Shown: one piece after another, positions 17,737 through 25,930 of the stretch | Numbering within the stretch: the first letter of the stretch is position 1 | Layout: the number at the start of each line of letters is the position of its first letter | NCBI GenBank assembly: GCA_046595615.1 | Contig: JBKJOO010000041.1 | Coordinates: forward strand, 1-61,044 | DNA: 61,044 nucleotides | Direction of reading: 5' to 3' | Source: Mycobacteriales bacterium | GTDB lineage: Bacteria; Actinomycetota; Actinomycetes; Mycobacteriales; SCTD01 | Made by a program: the position numbers and the translations under genes | Notes under the pieces: model-generated | What the model saw: the letters and a program-made list of their open reading frames with translations, nothing else | The model's database searches: none | What the model was told of the DNA's origin: nothing

Positions 17737-18216
17737 ATGACCGTCGCCATGACCAAGCAGCACCAGCAGGACCAGCCCGAGACGGCACCAACGCGGGACC
17801 GGCAAACGGCCGTGCTCGGTTCCGCCATCGTCGTCGCGATGGTGGTCGGCGCTGCCCTCCTGGGGGTCGCCTTCGTCAACTCGGTCCAGGGGAGTCAGGC
17901 ACCGGGCAAGCAGGCGAAGGCGATCGCGGAGCGGCTCGCGTCCGACCCGGTCGAGCGGGCCCAGCTGCGGGCCCAGATGGGGGCCCCGGGCGTCCACATC
18001 CCGCTCGTCCTGGCGGGCGACCTGGCCCCGCGCGACGAGACCGGGGACATCGTGGCGCTCGCCCACCCGGGCGTGGCCGACGTGATCGACCTGGGGCGTC
18101 GCGAGAACGTCAACGAGGTGCTCGGCACGTGGGTGGGGCTGGGCCCCGACGGCTGGAGCGGCCCCGTCATGTGCTCGGTGCGCCTGACCGACACCACCGC
18201 CGTCGCGGACTGCTGA
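17737..18216 (+). CDS. membrane-anchored hypothetical protein (159 aa)
   Basis: One TM segment (AVLGSAIVVAMVVGAALLGVAFV). High GC3. Terminator hairpin downstream. Confidence 0.55.
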   Translation: MTVAMTKQHQQDQPETAPTRDRQTAVLGSAIVVAMVVGAALLGVAFVNSVQGSQAPGKQAKAIAERLASDPVERAQLRAQMGAPGVHIPLVLAGDLAPRDETGDIVALAHPGVADVIDLGRRENVNEVLGTWVGLGPDGWSGPVMCSVRLTDTTAVADC

Positions 18217-18261
18217 CGCGTGAAGCGCGAACCGACGGCATGACTGGCCTCCCGTACGCGG

Positions 18262-18301
18262 AAGGCGCCACCTGGCTCGGTCAAGAGTCAGGTGGCGCCT
18301 T
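18262..18301. terminator. bidirectional stem-loop between convergent genes
   Basis: 13-bp perfect stem aaggcgccacctg / caggtggcgcctt, 14-nt loop. Confidence 0.6.
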
Positions 18302-18303
18302 GG

Positions 18304-18924
18304 GGTGCGCGTCAGGATGCGGCGGCCCCACTGGGTGACGGCTGTCAAGGGCGTCACGGCCGTGAGAACGGCGACGGCCGCCGCGAGGTCGTCGGTGCTG
18401 CCGGTGAACCCGGCTCGCATCAGGGACAGCGCTGCGCCCCAGGCCTGCTCTGGGAGCAGGGGCAGGTGGTACGCGAAGGCGGTGCTGACTCCCGCGAGCG
18501 GTTGCGCCTGACCGACGCGCAGGGCTCGCGCAGACCGGTGCAGGTGGACTGCGGCGAGGCCCGTGTCGACGATCAGCGAGCGGCCCCAGGCGTTGACGAT
18601 CGAGTCGTCGCGCACGTACACCGTGGCCTGCTCGAAGGTCTGCAGGTAGGCGCCGGCCCCGGCGAGGTGCAGGGTGACCGAGTCGAAGGCGCGCACGTCG
18701 CGCGCACGCTCGAGGGACACCGTGAAGGTGCCGGACCCGCGGAAGTGGAGAGGGTCGTCGTCGCCGCGCGCTATGACCGCGTCCAGCTCTTCCTGGGTGC
18801 GGATCGACAGGGCGGTCCCTGCGGCGTGACGGGGCGAGCCTGCGGATGAAGGTCCGGGCCCGGCGTGGGTGGTCGGGACGGGTGTGGAGGTGGGGGAGGC
18901 GGTAGTGCTCGAGGTGGTGGGCAT
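18304..18924 (-). CDS. 8-residue-repeat family protein, paralogue 2 (3' end unresolved)
   Basis: ATG 18924 with GAGAGAGG upstream. N-terminus IRTQEELDAVIARGDDDPLHFRGSGTFTV, C-terminus LMRAGFTGSTDDLAAAVAVL. There is no in-frame stop before the terminator. The nearest TGA (18312-18314) is out of frame, so the track ORF continues antisense to 17224. Confidence 0.5.
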
Positions 18925-19089
18925 TGGCCTCTCTCGGGTTGTGATGGGTTGGGATCTCCGCCGACCGTGCGAGCCCCTGTTGCCCGGGCAACAGGGGCCG
19001 GCAGGTGGGCACGGAAGACGCCGCCCGACCGTGCGAGACGGTCAGGCGGCATCTTGGCGGAGCGGGGGAGTGCGGGCACTCCCTGGTAG

Positions 19090-19734
19090 TTACACGGTCA
19101 GTGCCGTGGCGGCGCTGACCACGTCGGCGCTCGAGCCGGTGAAGCCGCGGCGGATGAGGCCGATCGCGAGGTCGCGGGTGACGCCGGCCAGGCCGGCCAG
19201 ATCGAAGACCACCGAGCTGCCGTCCGGTTCGACGGCGCCGGTCCCGAAGGACAGCACGCGGACGTTCCCCCTGGAGGTGACCGTGCAGTCCTCGTCGGAC
19301 ACCACGGTCGAAGCTTCGCTCGCGCCGATCGTGGTGTGCCCGCAGGCGTAGACGACACTGGTACCGAAGGACGCCACACGGGTGCTGCCGTCAGCGTGCA
19401 CCGTGCTGCGGCCAAAGGCCTTCACCCCAGAGCGGCCGTGCGCGTACACCGTGCTGTCACCCCGGGCGGTGGAGCGAGACTGATCGTAGAGGTGCACGTT
19501 CGTGACGTCCCACGCGGCGACCTGAGCGCCGTCGTACGCACAGAGCGCGGTGTTGCCGAAGACGCCGACCTCGACGGTGTCGTAGGCGCAGATGTGACGT
19601 CCACGGTCGGACCTCACGAAGAAGATGCCACTGCCGCGCAGGTGGATCGGGGCGGTGCTGACGTCGGCGAGTGCGGTGTCGAGGTCGAAAGGCCGGGTGA
19701 CCACGATCGGTGCCAGGGCTGGTCGACGGGGCAA
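19090..19734 (-). CDS. 8-residue-repeat (A-x-G-x-S-x-V-x) beta-solenoid-like protein, paralogue 3
   Basis: TTG 19734 with AGGAGG 6 nt upstream. Repeats: ARGDSTVY AHGRSGVK AFGRSTVH ADGSTRVA SFGTSVVY ACGHTTIG ASEASTVV SDEDCTVT SRGNVRVL SFGTGAVE. C-terminal LIRRGFTGSSADVVSAATAL. Confidence 0.65.
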   Translation of the reverse strand: MPRRPALAPIVVTRPFDLDTALADVSTAPIHLRGSGIFFVRSDRGRHICAYDTVEVGVFGNTALCAYDGAQVAAWDVTNVHLYDQSRSTARGDSTVYAHGRSGVKAFGRSTVHADGSTRVASFGTSVVYACGHTTIGASEASTVVSDEDCTVTSRGNVRVLSFGTGAVEPDGSSVVFDLAGLAGVTRDLAIGLIRRGFTGSSADVVSAATALTV

Positions 19735-20003
19735 GGAAAGCCTCCTGGGTAGCGAGTCGGTTGGGGCGTGCGCCCCACCGTCGCGGTCGAGGCTCCCGCG
19801 GCAAGGGCGCCGCCTTCGCGTCGGCCGGCCGGCTGGACCAGCTCGGCGACCGTCGGGGGCCGGCGACTTCCGGGTCCCAGACGGGGCTCAGTCGAGGTGG
19901 CCAGCTTGGTGACGGACCCCATCCGCCACTCGGGCCGCTGGTGGCGGGTGCGCGACACCGCCCAGGCGGCACGATGAAGGGCGGCCGCCCCCCCTCTACG
20001 CCA

Positions 20004-20047
20004 CTACGGCAACAGGTGGGGGAGGTGAGCGCGCATCTGCTTAGCGC
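20004..20047 (-). repeat. 33-bp core repeat, copy A (31/33 to copies C/D) + GCGCTAAGC flank
   Basis: Plus strand ctacggcaacaggtgggggaggtgagcgcgcat ctgcttagcgc. Confidence 0.85.
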
Positions 20048-20079
20048 TCCCGTAGCCGAGGTGGGGCGCAAGGTGTCGG

Positions 20080-20493
20080 ATGGCTGCGACTGGGCGCAGC
20101 GCGCTGGACTGTCCGCGTGACACCATGTGCGCCGTGGACCACGTCATCGACCTCGACGCGGCGGCCGCCCAGATCCGCAACCGCGTCGCTTCCTGGCGTG
20201 ACCACGGGCTCGACGTCGGCGAGGTCACTTGGTCGGACGGTCAGACCGCCACCTACGTCATCACCGATGACAGGGATGCTGTGCGCGGCGACTACTCGGT
20301 CGGCGTGAAGGCTCGACGCGGAGCTATCGAGGGCGAGCTCTTGCTGTACGCCGGGGGCTGGTGCGACCTGACGGTCTGGTCCGGCGACCCGGCCGAAGAG
20401 CCCATCGACGAAGCGCCCGGTTGGGAAGACTGGCTGGACCTGCAAGCCTTCGGCCGCGTCCTCGACCGGTTCGAGAGCCTGCTGCTCGGCTGA
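20080..20493 (+). CDS. hypothetical protein (122-137 aa) bracketed by inverted repeat copies A and B
   Basis: Very high GC3 from ATG 20125 (MCAVDHVIDL..). The track start at 20080 is also possible. No recognised domain. Confidence 0.55.
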   Translation: MAATGRSALDCPRDTMCAVDHVIDLDAAAAQIRNRVASWRDHGLDVGEVTWSDGQTATYVITDDRDAVRGDYSVGVKARRGAIEGELLLYAGGWCDLTVWSGDPAEEPIDEAPGWEDWLDLQAFGRVLDRFESLLLG

Positions 20494-20505
20494 GCCGCCC
20501 GCTAC

Positions 20506-20552
20506 GCGCTAAGCGGCGAAGATGCGCGCTCATCTCCCCCATCTGTTGGCGT
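20506..20552 (+). repeat. 33-bp core repeat, copy B (about 28/33) + GCGCTAAGCG flank
   Basis: gcgctaagcg gcgaag atgcgcgctcatctcccccatctgttggcgt. Confidence 0.8.
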
Positions 20553-20722
20553 TTTGGGCCAGGGGGGGAAGATGCTACCCGGCGCCGACGGGTGTTGCCG
20601 GCACCGCAAAACCCGTGACCGGTGCGAGGTCCGGCAGTGGGCGGGCTCCCATACGCCGGCCCCGAGCCCGACTGGGTAGCGAGCCGGAAGCGCACTGGCT
20701 GGGTGCCCGAGTTCCCTCCGCC

Positions 20723-21046
20723 CTACGAGGGCGTTCGAGTCGACGCGCCTTGAGTGCTCCCCGGGCGTGGAGCGGCCCGTCGTTCGCTTGGCCGTTGCGT
20801 GCGGACGACCCTGCCCCCTGCGCAGTCGCTGGTTGGCAGTGGGCGCCCGGGACGCAGGTTCTCCCTGGCATTGCGCCGCTTCTCGTGGTCTCGGCGGAGC
20901 TGCATGAGCGTCGTGGCGAGGGCGAGGAGTTCTCGGGTCGCTCCGGGCAGGGTCAGGAGGTCGTCCCACGCCACGGGGGCGTTAGCTGCGAGGTGGCGTG
21001 ACGCCAGGCCGATCAGGTAGAGGGTGATGGTGCGCACGTAGGGCAT
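20723..21046 (-). CDS. hypothetical protein (107 aa; 3' part doubtful)
   Basis: ATG 21046 preceded by AAGGAG. First ~65 aa (MPYVRTITLYLIGLASRHLAANAPVAWDDLL..) look coding. The tail is Arg/Pro-rich. Confidence 0.35.
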   Translation of the reverse strand: MPYVRTITLYLIGLASRHLAANAPVAWDDLLTLPGATRELLALATTLMQLRRDHEKRRNARENLRPGRPLPTSDCAGGRVVRTQRPSERRAAPRPGSTQGASTRTPS

Positions 21047-21254
21047 GTGGGTCTCCTTGCTCGGTGGTTGCTGACGGTGGCCTCGCGCTCGGCGCGCCGG
21101 AGGGTGATCCCCTGGTAGACGGAGGCGAAGCGCAGGTAGGCGACCTCGTCGAGGTCGCGCAGCGGCTGAACGGCTCGCTCGTATCGCTGCTCTTGACGAC
21201 GCAGGTCAGGCAGGAGCGGGCAGACGCACGGATAGGTCGGCGGTCTAGGACCAT
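21013..21254 (-). pseudogene. NrdR-like remnant with internal deletions and a frame switch
   Basis: One frame gives ..RSCLTCVVKSSDTSEPFS (cf. NrdR VVKR.G..EPFSR). The adjoining frame gives PLRDLDEVAYLRFASVYQG (cf. NrdR VAYLRFASVY). GC3 switches frames exactly at the junction (~21165). Confidence 0.3.
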
Positions 21255-21459
21255 CTCTCGCTCGCACCCCACCTCCAGGAGGGGCCCTATGGACATCAGC
21301 CAGCACCCGCCCACAACGGCGACAGGTGGGGACAACGGCGCGCCAGAGTCCTGCGCTCCTGAAGCGTGAGTTGCCCGCCCGGTCCGTGGCGCGACTGTGG
21401 GCGCCCGCTTTTCACCGCGCGTCGAGGGATGCTCTCGTGGTGGGCCGCCGGCACGACGA

Positions 21460-21492
21460 ATGCGCGCTCATTTCCCCCACCTGTTGCCGTAG
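21460..21492 (+). repeat. 33-bp core repeat, copy C, ~60 bp upstream of tnpB
   Basis: atgcgcgctcatttcccccacctgttgccgtag, identical to the reverse complement of copy D. Confidence 0.85.
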
Positions 21493-21551
21493 GGGCCTCT
21501 ACGGTCTGAGTGTGATGCCCGGGCAGTGACGCCCGCCCTGGGGCCGGCACG

Positions 21552-23011
21552 GTGGCCGTCATGCCCGTCCGCCCTCAGCCTCTCGACACCCTGGGTGCGC
21601 CCGCCGCCCGGGTGCCGGCGCCGGTGCGGCAGTCTGGGCTGAGCTTCCGCCTCGACCCGACGAACGTCCAGGCCCGGCAGCTGCTGCGCGCGGCCGGCGC
21701 CCGACGCAAGGCGTACAACGACGGCGTCGCGGCCCTCCGCGTCAACCACACCGCGTGGGCGGCGCAGCGCGACGCCGTGGTCGACGGCAAGGACCAGGTC
21801 AAACCCCTGTCCGCGATCACCCTGCGGGCCGGGTGGAAGACCCGCCGCCCTGACTGGCACGCCATCCACTTCTCCTGGATCTACGACTTCGCCATCCGTC
21901 AGGCCGCGACCGCGCACGGCAACTTCCTCGCCGGCCGGACCCGGTTCCCCCGGTTCGCCAAGCTCGGCCGGTCCAGAGACCGGTTCACCCTCATCGGCCG
22001 GGTCGCCCCCGTGACCGCGGGCACGCTCACCATCCCGAAGATCGGGACCATCCGGATCGCCTCCCCCGACCCGGCCCAGGCGAAGGTCCGCCGGCTCGTG
22101 CGGCGCGGCCGGGCCCGGATCACCAGCGTGACCATCTCGCGGCGGGCGGACGGGACGTGGTGGGCGGCGTGCAGGTCGAACGCCAGCTGCGCACCGCGCC
22201 GGCACCGCACCCGCTTGCTGGCGCGACCGTCGTGGGTGTCGACCGGGGTGTCAAGACCCTCGCCGTGGTCGCGGACGCTGACGGGGTGCAGCGGCTCGAG
22301 CTGCCGACCTCCCGCGCGCTGCGTGACCAGGCGCGCCGGCTCGCGCACGCCCAACGGACCGTCGCCCGGCGCACTGTACGCGGCAAGGACTCGTCGAAGA
22401 ACCGAGTCAAGGCGGTGAAGAAGGTCGGGCGGCTCCACGTCCGGGTCGCCACCCGACGAGCCGACATGCTGCACGCGTTCACCGCGAAGCTGACCCGGCA
22501 GCACCCGACCCTCGTCCTCGAGACCCTGACCACGAAGAACCTCATGGCCAACCACCACCTCGCCGGAGCTATCGGCGACCAGGGGTGGGGTGAGCTCGCC
22601 CGGCAGGTCACGTACAAGGCCGCCTGGCGCGGCGGCACGGTGCTCGTCGCACCACGATTCTTCCCGAGCAGCAAGACGTGCTCAGGCTGCGGGGCAGTGA
22701 AACACAAGCTGCCCCTCAACGTTCGGCTGTACCGATGTGAGCGATGCGACCTGGTCCTGGACCGGGACGTCAACGCTGCCGCGACCCTCGCCGCCTGGGG
22801 CGAGCACCAGCAGGGCACCTGCCCTTGCCTCGGTGGCTCCCGGGTCCGCGACCGCCACCCTGGCGGCCGGTCAGACGCGGACCCGCCGAGTGTCGGTGGG
22901 TTGCCGCGTCATGCCTGTGGAGGGTGGGTGTCAGGGTCGGCCACAGCTGTGGCCGTCCCGGTGCTGCCCGACGAAGCAGGAACCAGCCCGTCACGCACCC
23001 GCGTGGCGTAA
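21552..23011 (+). pseudogene. tnpB: TnpB-like RNA-guided nuclease (OrfB), single frameshift near nt ~22165
   Basis: Two overlapping ORFs (21552..22418, 22157..23011) join as ..SRRADGTWWAA|VQVERQL.. RuvC-like GVDRG, LVLETL, LDRDVNAA. Zinc ribbon CSGCG..x14..CERC. Confidence 0.75.
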
Positions 23012-23173
23012 GCACTGGAACGCCCCGGACAGGGGCGCTCTGCGAGGTCGACTATCACACCGAGATCGTAGAGGGGGGCCGCCCCACACGACCACCAAGG
23101 TCAGCCGTGATCGCGCCGATGTCGGTGGGTGCGCATACCGTACAACCCAGCGAATGTACCGAAAGGGGGACAG

Positions 23174-24805
23174 ATGACGAACGTAGCCGCCGAGTACCGC
23201 CGGGTCGCCTCCGCGTACGAGCAGCCGACGCTCACGCTTATCTCGCGCAAGTCATCAGCCGCCGTCATCGCGGTGTTCCGCATGATGTTCACCACCGAAC
23301 GCCCCAGCGTCCCCACCGCCCGTATGCACGATCAGGTCGACGTGCTCCTGGCCGACCTGCACCGCGCCGACCTGGACGACATCCCCGCGGTCAACGGACG
23401 CGACGCGTGTCTGCGCTGGGTGCGCGACGGGTGGCTCACCCGCACGTCCGATGACAGCGGCGACGAGGTCTACTCCCTCACCTCGAGCGCCCTCGATGGG
23501 CTGCGCACCGTCGAACGGCTGACCCGTGACCGGTCCGTGTCCCTCAGCACCCACCTCATCTCCGGGCTGGTCCACCACCTGCGTGACTTCTCCGCGTCCA
23601 TCACCCCGGACGTCGAGTCGTACATCGCCGCCCGGACCGAAGAGATCGCCCAGATCCGTGAGGAGCTCGACCGGGTCCTGGCTGGCGGCGAGCTGAAGGA
23701 CATCTCGGACGACAGCGTCGTGGCCGGTTTCACCGAGCTGCAGCGCTTCATCGGCGAGCTGCCCGGCGACTTCAGCCGGGTCGTCGAGTCGTACCGCGAC
23801 TTCGAGCAGCGGACCTTGGCCAACTTCCGCGCCGAAGCGGTCCCCAGTGGCGAGGCCGTCCAGCGCTACCTCGACCACGTCTCCACGATGCAGACCTCGT
23901 CGGCCGCCGGCCGCGGCTTCCAGGGCGCTCTCGAACTGCTCAACGACACAGTGCTGCTCGACCAGGTCCAGCGGTACATCGAGACGCTCGTCGAGGACCC
24001 GCGAGCGCAGTCCCTGCTGACCCCGACCGAGCGCGCCCAGATCCGCAACACCGTGCCCCTCATCCGGCACGGGCTGTCGCGGGTCACCCTGCAGCGCAGC
24101 CGCGTCTCGATGACGCTGCACGAGTACATCACCTCGCATGACGTCAAGCGCGACCACGAGCTCGCCGCGGTCCTGCGCGAGCTCGAGACCGAGCTGTCCA
24201 CCTGGATGCAGACCGCGACCGCCCGCGCGAAGGCCCCTATCGACCTGCTCCCGCCGAGGCCCGACGTGCAGCACCTGCCCACCAAGATGTTCGACCCGGC
24301 CGAGGACTGCGCTCCGGCCCCGCTGGCGCTGCGCTCGACTCCGGCCAGTGACGGGGTGACCCGCGCCGAGCTGCGAGCGCGGGGCGGACCGTCGCACGCC
24401 CGTCTGCGCGAGGAGCTGAGCGATGCGCTGCTCAACGGAGATGGGCCGTCCCTCGCGGCGGCGTTCCACGACCTGCCGGATGACCTGCGCCGGCCCGTCG
24501 AGCTCCTGGGGCTGCTGCCGCTGGCCCGCCGGCACGGACTCGAGCCGACCGACGACGTCGAGGTGTTCGACACCGTCCGCCCTGACGGCAGCCGCCGGCT
24601 CTTGGTGGTGCCGATGTACAGCCGGCCAGCCGCTGGCGCGGGCGGTTCAGCCAGCTCTCGCGGCGCAGACCCAAGCACGGGCCCTGCCAGCAAGGTTGGC
24701 ACGGCCAACCCGTCACCCCACTTCAACGACGCCGCACCCGACCAGCCCGACCAGCCCGACCAGCCCGACCAGAGCCGCCGACCAGGAGACCACCACCATG
24801 AGTGA
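23174..24805 (+). CDS. jetA: Wadjet JetA (MksF-like kleisin, DUF3375-type)
   Basis: ATG 23174 after GGGGGA. First gene of a 4-gene overlapping operon with JetB/C/D. Size and N-terminal sequence fit the DUF3375 family. Confidence 0.8.
   Translation: MTNVAAEYRRVASAYEQPTLTLISRKSSAAVIAVFRMMFTTERPSVPTARMHDQVDVLLADLHRADLDDIPAVNGRDACLRWVRDGWLTRTSDDSGDEVYSLTSSALDGLRTVERLTRDRSVSLSTHLISGLVHHLRDFSASITPDVESYIAARTEEIAQIREELDRVLAGGELKDISDDSVVAGFTELQRFIGELPGDFSRVVESYRDFEQRTLANFRAEAVPSGEAVQRYLDHVSTMQTSSAAGRGFQGALELLNDTVLLDQVQRYIETLVEDPRAQSLLTPTERAQIRNTVPLIRHGLSRVTLQRSRVSMTLHEYITSHDVKRDHELAAVLRELETELSTWMQTATARAKAPIDLLPPRPDVQHLPTKMFDPAEDCAPAPLALRSTPASDGVTRAELRARGGPSHARLREELSDALLNGDGPSLAAAFHDLPDDLRRPVELLGLLPLARRHGLEPTDDVEVFDTVRPDGSRRLLVVPMYSRPAAGAGGSASSRGADPSTGPASKVGTANPSPHFNDAAPDQPDQPDQPDQSRRPGDHHHE
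24737..24772 (+). repeat. in-frame 9-bp tandem repeat (CCCGACCAG x4; PDQ x4) in the JetA C-terminal tail
   Basis: Read directly. Confidence 0.85.
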
Positions 24806-25922
24806 CCAACACCCCACGGGCACGCCCGGACTGGGCGAGCTCACCCTGGACGACCTCGACCTGGGCGGACTGTCCCTCGGCGACCTCGAGCAGCTGGACG
24901 AGCTGGACGAGCTGAACGGCCTGGAGGAGCTGCAGTCGCTGAGACCTCAGACACCGGGACGCGCAGGGCGCGGCCCCGACGTGCCGCAGGTGCGCAGCTG
25001 GCCAGCCGATGAGACCTCGCTCGCCTCGCTGGAGGACGCGGACGAAGACGGGCCCGAGGGCGACGATCCGGAAGGTGAGAACACGGAGGGAGAGGCTGAC
25101 CACGCCGACGAGGAGAGCTACCTGCTGGACGACTCGACCTCCCTGTGGGGTGGCGACAAGGGCACGCTCGACCAGCGCCAGCGAGACACCCTGGTCGCGC
25201 TGCTGAAGAAGGCCTTCATCTCCTCCGACGACACGAAGGAGTGGCGGAGCCTGACCAAGGACCCGGCACCGATCGAGTCCGCGCTGAACAACCTGTACTT
25301 CACCTTGGTCGTCGATGTTCGGTCCGAGGTGGCGTACGCGGCGCCCGCACGCAACGACAGCAACCCGTTCCGCACCCTGGTGCGGGACGCCCCAAACACG
25401 CGCGAGGAGACGCTGCTGCTGGTCCACCTGCGCGAGCGGTTCCGGACCGCGAGCGCGTCCGGGGACCAGTTCGCCTACACCGACCTGGACGCAATCCAGG
25501 CGTACGTGAGGCGGTTCCGCCCCGCGTCCGCGACCGACGAGGCCCTGGACGGGCGGCGGGTCCTCAACGCGGTCAAGTCCCTCAAGACCGCCGGCCTGCT
25601 GGTCACCACCCAGGACGAGACCCGGTACCGGATCCACCGGGCCATCGAAGCCGTCCTGCCGCTACCGAAGCTGCACCAGCTGGTGGCCGGTTTCCAGAAG
25701 CTGCGCGCCGAAGCTGGACCCGGACCCGACACCAGCGGCGAGGACGCCGTCGAGGGCCCCGTCGAGGGCCCTGCTACCGAGGTCGACGTCGACGAGCCGA
25801 TGTACGCGACCCAGCCCCGCCTCAGCGACCCCGGTGACCCCGGCGGCCCGGCCCGGTCTGCTGACCCTGCTGACCCTGCTGACCCTGCTGACCCTGCTGA
25901 CCCTGCTGACGACGCTCCCTAG
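24798..25922 (+). CDS. jetB: Wadjet JetB (MksE-like, DUF4194-type)
   Basis: ATG 24798 (AGGAG 9 nt upstream) overlaps the jetA stop by 8 nt. Acidic N-terminus, then LWGGDKGTLDQRQRDTLVALLKKAFISS.. typical of DUF4194. Confidence 0.8.
   Translation: MSDQHPTGTPGLGELTLDDLDLGGLSLGDLEQLDELDELNGLEELQSLRPQTPGRAGRGPDVPQVRSWPADETSLASLEDADEDGPEGDDPEGENTEGEADHADEESYLLDDSTSLWGGDKGTLDQRQRDTLVALLKKAFISSDDTKEWRSLTKDPAPIESALNNLYFTLVVDVRSEVAYAAPARNDSNPFRTLVRDAPNTREETLLLVHLRERFRTASASGDQFAYTDLDAIQAYVRRFRPASATDEALDGRRVLNAVKSLKTAGLLVTTQDETRYRIHRAIEAVLPLPKLHQLVAGFQKLRAEAGPGPDTSGEDAVEGPVEGPATEVDVDEPMYATQPRLSDPGDPGGPARSADPADPADPADPADPADDAP
25860..25910 (+). repeat. in-frame 9-bp tandem repeat (GCTGACCCT x5 + partial; ADP x5-6) in the JetB C-terminal tail
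   Basis: Read directly. Confidence 0.85.
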
Positions 25923-25930
25923 GAGGACTC

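Larger units (their letters stand above)
21447..23090 (+). mobile_element. solo-TnpB (IS200/IS605- or IS607-derived, IS1341-like) element; ends approximate
   Basis: tnpB-like gene with no tnpA. Left flank carries repeat copy C followed by hairpin ccgtag-gggcct-ctacgg. The motif cgtagaggggggccgcc, 56-72 nt 3' of the tnpB stop (23067-23083), recurs beside copy A. Confidence 0.45.

Noticed and set aside
19745-20687. 15/16-nt direct repeat ctgggtagcgag[t/c]cgg at 19745-19760 and 20672-20687, flanking the repeat-A/ORF/repeat-B unit (possible target duplication).
   Set aside because: It is too long for a typical TSD and lies ~240 and ~120 bp away from the repeat cores. The first copy overlaps the RBS region of the 19734 gene. 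It cannot be distinguished from chance without genome-wide statistics.
21460-21492. Mini-ORF MRAH[FL]PHLLP* inside the 33-bp repeat, as a leader or attenuator peptide.
   Set aside because: No RBS is visible. Copy B loses the stop and reads through. Conservation is explained equally well at the DNA/RNA level.
24737-25910. Considered whether the short tandem repeats here and elsewhere could be CRISPR-like arrays.
   Set aside because: The units are 9-18 bp, contiguous without spacers, and in frame within coding sequence. They are not CRISPR.
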